From Raillietiella orientalis (lineage: Eukaryota), in assembly GCA_036172245.1 (NCBI GenBank), contig JAYWIR010000012.1, forward strand, positions 1,860,001-1,924,000: a stretch of DNA of 64,000 nucleotides. Reading direction: 5' to 3'. Shown here piece by piece: positions 53,201-64,000 of the stretch; position 1 is the first letter of the stretch; the number at the start of each line of letters is the position of its first letter. A program made the translations under genes and the position numbers. The notes below the pieces were generated by a model. The model saw only the letters and a list, made by a program, of their open reading frames with translations, did not search any database and was not told the origin of the DNA.

Positions 53201-56200
53201 CCCCCAGCGCGTTTCGGGACACTCCCCGAGGGTGGACGTTTCCCCGAAGCGGCAATCCGCCTGTCCAAGGTGGTGGTGGCGTGGAAAATTCTGCGAGCGG
53301 CGCGCGCCTTGCATGCAAGGAAGGCGGTGCTCACGCGATTCGCGTGCGTTGGGAGCAGCCGGGAATCCCGGATGTGCGTTTGCCACGAAGTGGACTGCGA
53401 AGACTTTCCTCCGTTGCGGTGGCAAGCGGATGCCTTTTTTGCCCCTCCCCCTCTCTCTTTTTCTGTTGGGAAGGAGGAGAGGGAGGGGGAGAGGAGGAAG
53501 GGAAGGGGAGGGGAGGGGAAAAAAAAAAAAAAAAACCGCTCCAAAGATGCGAAACCGCATACGAAAGCGCGCCAAGCGGGATGCATATCTACCGGAGCAA
53601 ACGAATGTGGGCATCAGAAGATACACAATCGGCAGTAAGAGCTCGATTTCATCTCGAGCGCGAATCATTTTCGTTAATGGTGAGGCATAAAAAGCGATTA
53701 ATTGACCTCGATAGTGGAATCTTAATTATTCGATCTGCTGCATTTGAAAATCAAATTACGCACTGCGGTTGCCAAGTAACGAACTTTTTGCAAATGTTTG
53801 CTTTTAACCACTTTTGCTGTCGGCTTAGCCGTTGTAGCAGCGCCCTGGCGGCAAGCGCCGGAACACTGCGCGATGAAGCCCTCTTTAGTAATCGAAGTTA
53901 AGGCGGTAATTACCAGTCGAGGAAGATTAAAAGGAAATCACTGATGATGCATGACAGTGACCTCCGCATTCCTAAATGAGCGCCCCTCCTATTAGAATGG
54001 CCCCGATTCTTCGGCATCGTCGTCGTTCGCGTCGCCGAGTGCCGTATCGTGCGTCCTGTGCTCCGCTTTTTTTTTCCTTCGAAAGGTCATGGGCGAGTTG
54101 GTTTACGGGACCCTCCGTTGCCCTTATCAGGGGCTGCTGTTGCTTCTTCACAAGTAGGGAGTTGGTCAGCTGGCGGAAGGGGGAACCGCGCGAGTGGGGG
54201 AGCAGCATCCCGAGGACCGGGTTCGAGCCGGTAGAAGTTGAGCGGAAACGAACCGTCGTTCCAGGGAAGGCGTGGCCGCGGGATGCAGCAGAAACATTTG
54301 GTCTTCCACGATCCGCCTCCTGTGCCACAGCGGATGGCCGGAAAGGCAAGCAAACGCTGCAGCGCATGCGTCGGCGGACGGTGGCTCTCTCCGCAAGCAT
54401 CCGACGCTGACGCAGTGTGCGGAGGAGGGGAGAGGTGGTGGTGGTCGGGGGGGGGGGGGAGTGCACGGGAACGAGTAGACGCGTGCCGAATCTCTTTCGA
54501 TCCGGCTGGTCGTTGCAGCAACGACCGGTCTCTCGTGCTTCCTCCAGCTTCGCCGTTGCTGGACGCCTCCTCGTGCAGAATGCTACCGGCAGAGCTGACC
54601 GAACCCCTGCAGCAACCGGGTCGCGCCGGTAGTGTTGTGATCGTGCGGTGTCGGGAAGCAGGCGACACTCAGGAAGCAGTCCACGTTTCGAATCGCAGTG
54701 GGGCTGGGCCGAACCTGCCGCCCGTCCAAAACGGCCCTTTCGATCTGTCGCGCGGCCTGACGGTTTTAGAGGGTGGCGTAACCTCGATGTGGTCGGCAGT
54801 TCAGCCTCACGCGTTTTCCCGAGGAGCCGCGCAGCGTCCGAAAACAATCAAAACGGTCGCCACTAGCCGGGAGCGGTCGCACTGTTCCCTGTCCCCGAGA
54901 CCTGCGCTAACCGCACCGGCCGTGCCACCTCATGAAACGGCAGAGGTTTCGACGAAATGATCGGAAGGAAGAGAGGCGGGCGGCGATTCGAGGGAACCCG
55001 TTTCTTCCCTATTCTTCGCCCAAGAAAGCCACGTGCTCCGGAGCTCTTGCTTGCCTCCTGCCGATGGAGCACAAATCCACCCGCTTCGGTGTCTTGGGGC
55101 GCTTCGGGACGCACTTCTTTCGGCGATCTCCACGAAGCGTAAAACGCCTCGGGAAGGAAGAACGCAGCAGCAGATGAGGAGGGCAAGCGGCGTTGCAGGC
55201 GAGTCCGCCACCCCCGTCTTAAGAAAATCGGCCAACGAACGGACCTTGCGTGACGCGGCGAGTGATTCCTTGAGTTTGTCCCCCCTCCCCTTTCCCCCCA
55301 AGTCTCCAGCATCGCTACAAGGGACCTCGGAAGGCCCCCCCGCGTTCGCTCCCAGTCTGCGTGGACGAGTTCACTTGCGCGCGCGTGCGCACTACGGGAC
55401 TTCCGTCCTCCTTCGACTGTGGCGATTTTTCACGCACTGAATCTTCGTGCAGCGGTCACCATGCGGCTGCTGCAACATGCAAGGCTCTGGCGGCTCGTAA
55501 CGTAACAGCTGCCTGTGCACCTGTAACAGCCGCTCCGTAGGTGCGGCACACACCACGCCTTGGCCTGGGCGCCGTTTTCAGCCCCGAAAATGCTTCCAGT
55601 GAATTCCTGTGCCGGCTGATTCGGGACCGTTTCAATGCCGGTCGCTTGTCGTCGGTCTTTTCGGATTTCCGGACCCGCATTTCTTCTGCTGGTGTGCCTG
55701 GGTTCGTTTCGGTCGCTCCGGATCTGTGCAGAGGGTTCCTGCCTGTGGGAATAAAAGAGTTCGCTGAAATGAAGGGCAGCGGCTTACAGCGGCTGTCTAA
55801 TTTTCTTCTCACGGAGATTGCCAACACGCGGCACGGATTAGGTATTGGAATGCCATCCGGTTGCCAGGACCGTGAAGTACAGAGAGATGCACACCTCTTC
55901 CGCTGCATGCCCTGCTACCTCTAATCACGATGGTGGGATAGTTCTCTCTCTCCCTCTCTCTCTCTTTTTGTTTGCCATGCAACGCATTCTCTGTTTAGAT
56001 TCGTCGAAAGTCCGTGCCAGCAAGGATGATGACAAATGATCCAAGTTTTAATTCCTGTTGATTTAGAAGCACTCGGAGACGAAGTAAGTGCCGTCGGCGC
56101 GCATGCATCAGCCTTAAGTTGACGTGCAGTTCGCGTCGGAAAAAACTTCGTGGAGCGCGGATGGGGTGAATCAGGGGAAACGGGCGCCGTAAAGAGCGGG

Positions 56201-59200
56201 TCCGGAGCTGCTCCCGCTGCTGGTCGCACGAATGACCTGGGGAGCGAATTGTTGCACGAGGATCCCATGTTCACTTCCGAGGGCGTGGACGTGGTGTCGA
56301 CCGGACGTTTCTTGCGTGCGGAGCTCTCAGAGGAGCTGCCGAACGTCCCATTTTTTCTGGGTGCGTGGAAAGTTTCTCGGAACGTGGGGCGCTGGCCGCA
56401 GCCGCGTAGCTTCGGGGGCAGTGGGTGGGGCAGAACCCTTTCGCGCGCTTTGGATCCGACCGCCCTCGGATGCAAATCACGGTGACCCACGGGCCCGCAA
56501 ACTCTCCCCGCAAACACCACAGCGTCCCTCCTTGAACCCCGAGGAACGGGAGGGGAGGGGGGCAGAACTCCGCGGTCGACCTTCGGCCGCACTGCGAGCG
56601 GCTCGGCGAGCAGCTCCCGAAAGCCTCTTCGTGCACCTCTGCCATGATGGTTTCACGAACACCTCGCAGCGAGATCGAGCCGATCGAAGGTCTCCCAGAG
56701 GGGATGCTGGGAAAGTGGCGCTCTGCTTCGTGGGGGAGCTCGATGGTGGGCAAAGCGTCGGAATCGAGAAGATCCGCTTCCACATCGAAGTCCCTGCTGC
56801 GTCGTCGAAACTCATCCCGAGCGTTCCCTTCCTTGAAGGCCGAAGGTGAAAGGAACAACCACGGCACTCCGTCTTTGGCTACTTTACGAGCAACGGCAGT
56901 TTATCCGTCACGAATGCAGTTTGGGATACGAGGGTCGAAATTGACCGCCCCACCTTGGAAGCGGAAAGTGAAGATCCAACAAGAGTTGGGGGTGGGGGAG
57001 GTCATTGATGAGAAGCAGGGACGCCCCCACTGCTTTCTTGAGCGCAACCAACTCCATCGTGCGAGACTTCTTTTCCAATGAATGGCCTGCTGTGCAGTGC
57101 ACAGAGATGCGTCTCCCAGAAGACCCTTGGCGCTCATGCGGCCAACTCTCACCGCAGAAGGGCGGTGTGGCACGCGGACGCTCAGTCTGTTTTCAGATGC
57201 GGCCTCAAGGCAAGCGCCAGCAGTCATGGCGTACGATGGCGGATACCGACAAAGCCCTCTCCAGCTCAAAGTCTTCCCGCAGATGACTCACCAGGCTACC
57301 CGATGCTGCTTCCCCTGGCCCGATTCCGGGGCATTCGCGTAGTTTTCATCCGCCGAAATTCGAGAGCACGGGCGAGCTCACGTGCGGAGGAGACTTCGGA
57401 GACGAACTGGGTTCTCGTGGAATTCTCCCTGCCGAGGAGGGGAACGGCACGGATCCCGGTAAGGAGTCTGCCTCGGCGTTCAGCTCTGGAATCGGGAATA
57501 GGCAGGGGACGGTGAAAGCATACGTGTTCTTGCAGCGTGCAACAGCACGAGAGGAAGACTCGTTATGATTCCTTCCCAGAAAAGCCGCCGCCCCTTGAAA
57601 GCAGACACCAGCGACGTTCCCTCTGTTCCAGTCCTCCCATGAACTTTATGGACGGGCGATTCGGACCACGAAGGATCCACACTTCCCTTCCACCAAATGG
57701 CTTTACTTCTGATTGTCTAGAAGCGTGTCGTTTCTGACGTGTTTTGGCTCTGGCTTCTTGCGAGGACCGTTTCGTGATTGTCACTTAATGAACCATCCGT
57801 GTGCATCAGTTGCTCTCCGCGGTGTAAGAAAAAATCTTCCTGGGAACTGGAGCACGTGTTTATTAGTCCAGACACGCCGGATGTACAATCTTGGAGCTGC
57901 TGCGGCGCGCTCGCCGGGGACTCGGTTCTTGTGGAAAAAATGGATTTCGGGATGCAACAGCTTCGAGGGTTGCAACATCGAGCCGTCCACAATGCATGCG
58001 GAGGGTTTTGCTTGGGAGCCCGGCCGCCCCGCGCTGCTCAATCATCGCAAGATTTCGTGAGGCTGCCGACTGCACCATAAAGGAATTTCCTCTCGTGTCG
58101 CAAGCAAACAAATAATGTCCCACTATTTTGCTGTTCGGAATACCGTTTATGTAGTAGTTATTTAAATCGTGTTCCAGGTTCACTTGGGGTTACTCCTTTA
58201 TTTATTTATTTTTTTCCCCTCCCCCTTAATGAAGGCAGCAAAGATAAATCACTAAGAGAAACGTTACTTGAACATGAGATGAAAAATGAACTTTCCAAGT
58301 GCCTTGAGTAACATGAAGTGTGTGGCTGGATCGGAGTATAACATCCATCTGACAGGTGATGTAAAGAGAAAGGGGGGGGGGGAAGGGGGGAGGACCGCTC
58401 AAATTACTCGCATGAAAACTACGCGGCAAATGAGAGTTGCTGCCTGTGGTCCCATGCCAAGTGCAGTCATCGTGCACTTGAAGCCTCAATGATGGTCATA
58501 GATATTTCAAATAGTGACTGTCAAACACTAATTGTTCAGGGTGAGGATAAAATGTTAACAGATCTGAGCTACTTATTATTATTCTGTGTAAATGTACTGT
58601 CGAAATGAATAAGAAGGAAGAAATAATCCATTAAGCGCAGCTGCAGAGCACACAAATCCGAGAGAGTAATGCAATGGGAAAAGATTGTTTCTCCACCAAA
58701 CGGCTGCACTGCTTTACAGCACCGACAGTCCTTCCTCAGCACCGTCACCGCTGCTTTCTTACTTTCTCATCAAGTAATGGTACCCCAATGCCCTGGAGCC
58801 ATAGCGGAAGAATTCGCGCACTCTGTCGTTCGATCTCCCCTTAAAAGGCACGCCGCGCATCGCCGTCAGCACGAAAAAGGAGGTTGGAGGCGGGGATGGG
58901 GAGTGGGGGGTGGGTCGCGCGGGAAGGGGGCGGCGGCTTCGCACAGCAGGACTGAGGACCGAATGACACGCAAGTCACTCGGTCGACTGTGTGGTGAGTG
59001 AGGTGGATGCGAGGGCACTCCTGTGCACAGGTCTTTCTCCCGTTCGCTCACCGATTCCATTTTCTGAAGACATTGAGGATGACCACGACCAACCTGGTCA
59101 CCAAGGTCATCAAGGTACTTCGCATCCAAATGGCGCGCGAGGTATCTGTGCGGGAATACAGTATGGAAAAACACAACCGTTCCCACTCCTATGCTTAATG

Positions 59201-62200
59201 AAGTTGCAAGCAAAGAGGGAATACAGGAATGCTAGAGTTATTTGTCAACCTAACCGTCCACTTTCCCTCCACTATCAGATCACTGATTTCAACTGAGGCT
59301 GCAAAGCTCATCAAAGACGACGGGCTCAGTCACGTACTTCATCGGTCGTTAAAGACATGCGCCATCTGATGGAGAAAACCGTACAATTAAGGATAGGGTT
59401 GTAAATGCAAAGTAATAGTTATGTTGTAAATAGGAACTTCAACAAATGATGGGTCGTCTGCTTAGATAATGCGAACGATCTTAGAGGATCTTCATGAGCG
59501 GAGATGCAAAATTAGCTCGGTTCCCGGAAGGAACACAAAACACAGGGGTGGACTGATTGCTGGGTTCCGAAAGATAGCAAAATTCATCCAACTGATTTTT
59601 GCAGCATTTTGCAAAGAGGAAACTCCCACTGCCCATGCACGAAGAAGAAAGCCTGAGCGATCTGGGAGGGGATGGGGGGAACGTTTGCAGTAGCCTGGAG
59701 TGTCAGGGGCGAAGAAAGGTGTCGGTTACGCTTCTCGGATGGATATCGTGGAATTCCGCAAGCTCTCAGCAGCCGTGCCCTCAGGGAGCTAGGGGCTGGC
59801 CGCCAAAAAAGTCCCCATGGAGGCAAATGCAAACATACCGTTACGGCTTCCATCGCTTCCAGAAATGGGAACTGCGAGCGTGTGGTGGAGAGCGGGTATC
59901 TTTAAAACTGCGGAAAACGGAACCGAGGAGAGTCGAGGATCCGACGCGGCGCTGACTCACGAGCACGTTTCCATGAGGATGTCTCGAGAGATGAGTCAGG
60001 TGCACTGTTCCGCAGAGCAAAAAACACCACCTGTGAGATGCACAAGACGATGCACGCCGACGGCTCTGGGCTCGCTTTTCTCTCTGACATCGCTCTTCTT
60101 CACATGCATCGTCTTGAGCTGCAACCCTTGGCGCATACCTCATGGTCCCCCACTGTCGGCCAAACTTGCAAGCATCCACGAGAGTCCCCACGTTTCTCTG
60201 GGCGCTCCCATGCATCGCTGGAGACTAGTGGGTCCGTGCAGATGCAAGGCTGGAAGGCTTTTAGAATCCACACCGATGAAAGCAAGCGGTGTCGACGCTG
60301 CGTACTTCCGCTATATTATCTCCCTGCGTCTCTTCCTGGAAGATGAGTTCCATTTGCTCGCCAGTCTGGAGAGCCGCTTGCAAGTCCAAGGCACCGCGCT
60401 CTACAGGGCCGGGCTGCGGACGGACAGCGGTGCCCGCCTAAGAAAGTGAATAGCCAGCCTCCATGGAGCTGCACCAGAGCGAGTGCCAATTTATTTCTTC
60501 ACGTTCCTCTGAAAAAAAAAAGGCGTTTTCCTATTTCGATTAAGCCATTCTCATCCTCTTGGTGAACTCCGCCTGCTTGGAGGCGACAAGAGAAGTGCAA
60601 TTGGAGGTCTTCTGCTAGTCAGCAGATGACCTTCAGTGGGTGTGAAAAGTCCGCCTTGAATTCCGGAGGTCCATCTCAAAAGCAGGTGAAAATATCTCGA
60701 CGTCTGAGCAAAGGGATGTGGGCGTTGCTGAATGAGCGTTTTCGCAGTCGAGGAAAAGGAAAGGTCTTTTCATTCGTCTGAATTCCCGAGGAGCTCGCAG
60801 AAAGGAAGCGAAGGAGAGGGGGGTTCGTGTTCTTTGCACGATCGACCAGAGGGACGTTCGGAGCCCTCTCTAGCGAAACCACGAGAGGGGCTCGACCCAA
60901 AAGAGACACGAAGTAAGCAAGTGGTAACTGTGGCGACAGGAAGGCGTTTGAAGTACCTTCACGTCATTCCCGTGCGAAGTGATCCCCCCTCCCGTGAACT
61001 CCATTACACCCGAACTGGATCTAGGAAACCACAGCCTCTAACAGAGTGGTCATCTCTCCTGGATATTTCCGGAGTAGCGCCCACAATAGTGTGTAGTAAA
61101 AGTGCCGAAACAAAAATATAGAAATGGATGGATAAATTTACCACGTATAAAAATGAGACATGAAATACGATAACAACATAAGGGAACAAAAGGAACATAT
61201 CGAGGCAATCCAAAAGGTAGACCTGAATGGCACGTCACGCACTGTCCCCTTTTTCCACTTTCACTTTTTCACTTTTGGCGGTTTCGCCTGTTCGTGCTTT
61301 CGGGCACGGAAGGCGAGGGTAAACAAACGGATCGATTGCGAAAGTGCAAGCGGCCTTCGACGCGGAAAATGTTGCCTTCTAAGCTTCCGGCATCGCCCTC
61401 TGAGTGTTTCCGGATACCCCTCAGTTGTCATCGCCGAGGCTGCTGACCAATGAGTAGTCAAGCAGCACGCAGCGGTGGCGGCGGAGCGGTTGCATGAGGT
61501 CGTCGAAAGTGCGGTCAGATAGCGCCAAAGGTTTCGTTACGGTTTTCAGCAGAGAAAGCAGGGCGACGCCACCGACATCTAGCGACTGCGAGGAACACTA
61601 GCCCGCCTACGCACATTCCTTCGGAGCCTGTAATCGGTCACACGAGCCGTAGGAAGCGAGGCCTTTCGTTTTCCGTGGCCCAAAGGACTGTTCCCGGAAT
61701 GCTGCAAGCTCGGGAAGGGGAAGGGGGGGCACCATCGGTGGAGAAGGAGAGGAGGAGGAGCCGCTGTCGGAGTCGCAAAGCCAGCGAAGCTGAGAGCGTC
61801 CCCGCACAGCGAAGAACTAAAGCGCTCTCTGTAGTCCGCAAGGAGAGCGACCAGCGGGCGATGGGAGTTTACGGAGTCGCCTGGAAGGGCGGTGGATACC
61901 ACGTGGCAGAGAGTTGCATCAAAGCGGGTGAATGCTCCCGCGGCAAGGGATGCGGAAAGCGCGCGGTTCTTCTCTGTGGGCACCCGAGTGGCTCAGAACT
62001 TCAGCAGCCACTCTTCCGGTTCGGAGAGACTCTGCTAACCGAGGCTGACGAAGTGGCGTTCCCTTCAGTCGAGACGGGGACGGAAAAGAGAGGGAACATA
62101 GAGAGAGAGTGGAACGCAGGGATCCAGTAACAAATGATCTTTTCGATCTCGAGGTCACGCGGGCCCCAGAAAGGCTCTTGTCTCATTCTCCCTTGAGCGC

Positions 62201-64000
62201 TCCGAGCGGCAAGGCGAGGACACCAGGGAGCTGCTCTGCTCGCAGGAGGCCAGAAACCCCTTCGGAGGTCGGATCAGGTTCATTCGTCGCTCTCTTCCGT
62301 CCTCTTCCCTCCACCTCCGACCTCTTTTGGACTTTTGCACAGGTCCGCGTTGAGAGTGGGAGGAGGGGCATAGGCCAGTGCCAGGGGAGCTTCATCCTGC
62401 TGAAGTCGCCGCTTTTCGAGGGTGAGGAAAACCTTGCCCTCAGGAAAGGCGGGCGACCTGGGACTCGGTGCGCCTTGGGCAGCGAGTCCCAGGAAACGCT
62501 TTCTTTTCTTCCACCGCCCGCTCCTCCCGAGCCATTTTTGAATCCTTCGTCTCATTCCGCGCGCCTCCCACCCGTTTTCCCGATGCGAGCACATCTCGGA
62601 GGGTCCAGCCGACAAATCCTCTCTCCTCAGGAAGCAGGGGGAGCGCCTGTCCTCACTTCTGGCGGGCATCGTCGCAGATGCCCTCCTGGGAGCCCCTGGA
62701 GGGCTTGAAAGCTTGAAAGCTGTGTCCCATCCCGGATAGATGATACTGCGGTCTCCGGTGAGTATTCTTTCGCAGCAAAGTGACCTGGGCGCAGCCACCC
62801 TTGACTGTCCTCCTCCTTCGTCTTCCTTACTTCTCCTCACCCTTCCTGCGAAAAGGAGGGAACCATCTCCATAGGGACCGTTTCGGTCCATACGACGATG
62901 GTTTTGCTGCTTAATCGCTGTCTCGGTAAGAGAGCGGTGGTAGGAGCTTGACAGTCCTGGGGGTGATGCGCCTCCTCTGGGACGCTCAGGGTCTTCGCAG
63001 GCGTAGCAGTCAAATGCAATCGCTCCTGAACCTCCTTCCTCCCTCGAGAAGACCAAGCGCATCCTTCCCCCCTTCCCTGGAGCTGTCATGTCGACTGTAC
63101 GGGAAGTGCCAAAGCAAAAGACTTCTCCAGATCTTCCCCCTTGAGGAAGGTGCAGCATGTCCAGCTGGAAAATCGCGAGGTTCTCCATCTCCCCCCCTCC
63201 CTGGAAACCTCTTTCGGAAAATTCTCCAGGGATGTCCTCCGCTCCCTCTCCCTCCTGTTTTGTGCTGCTACTCCAGGTCGATTCTCGCCTCCGAGAAGCA
63301 CGCAGAGTGCCCCTGAAGGCCACTGCGGGAACGCAGACAAACCGATAGCAGCCGCAGGGTCCGTAGGGGCGAATGGCTGGACTGCCTTGCGAGCAGGAAG
63401 ACAGGAAGGGAAAGGTTCGTTAGAGCGGAAAGCGGTGCTCGCTGAGAGTCGGTTCTCAGGCAACCAATGCATGCTCCCGTTCCCCAGAGGGCGCGTCCGC
63501 TGCATCCTAGGCCAACGGCGCTCGTGTCCAGCTCCCAGCCGAGAGTGAGGAGCCTCAGGGCTGCAGCACCTCTTGCGAATCCTTCCCCCATTGCGCACAC
63601 GCCCCGTCAGGCAACGAGCTCAACAGTTCGATCTCAAGGGGACGCTGCGAACATCCTGAAGGGCGACCCTTCCTTCTGAGCATAGCCAGCGAGCTGGCGC
63701 ATCGAGGGAGGGCGTGGGTCCGCTGCCGGGAGGAAAGAGGAACCTCAACCCAGAAGCCTATTTTTCTTCGCGATGGGGTGAGGAGAGATCCAGAGGGAAG
63801 GGGGAGAGGAATCCTGAAATGATACTTCCCGGAGAATACGGCAAAGGAAGCGCCAGGAAGAAAGTCCCCTTCTGGTCCAAGGTGGTCTGAGAGGGAAGGA
63901 GTCTGAGGCAGCGGGATGGGGAGAGCTAAAAAGGGAGGACGGAGAACAAGAAAGCTAAATGGAAAGGCGGAGGGGAGAAAGAGAAGGAGGAAGGGGAGGG

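Noticed and set aside
58947..60450. Exon-like segments on both strands
   Set aside because: No homology; 59041-59066 pairs with 59860-59880, as expected for structured intron sequence.
62280..63323. 347-aa ORF and other long GC-rich ORFs in the track
   Set aside because: Low-complexity R/G/S/P-rich translations expected from stop-poor GC-rich DNA; no motifs.

Overview
Eukaryotic, intron-containing animal DNA, probably a nematode (TTTCAG/TTTTAG acceptors, many 36-65 nt introns, nematode-like NIIPAD tail on NAA10; inference). Eight genes can be parsed: an FLVCR-type MFS transporter (+), a C10/C12orf57 homolog with a broken 5' end (-), a MuSK/Nrk-like receptor tyrosine kinase (+), MRPS33 (+), a GH37 trehalase (+), PIG-B (-), PIG-H (-) and NAA10 (+), plus weak retroelement relics. 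Main discovery: every intron over ~100 nt that I examined (118 nt to 10.7 kb, four to five unrelated genes, GC-rich and AT-rich alike) folds back on itself. The 5' and 3' halves form a nested, colinear series of imperfect helices with many G-U pairs on the sense strand, ending a few tens of nt from the splice sites. This suggests an RNA-structure system that shrinks long introns to short-intron size. The same signature covers 340-3400 and 50380-59900, where no coding exon is recognisable. Second: the PIG-H stop overlaps the PIG-B start (TAATG), coupling two GPI-pathway genes. All pairings, alignments and GC impressions were made by eye; no folding or database search was run.
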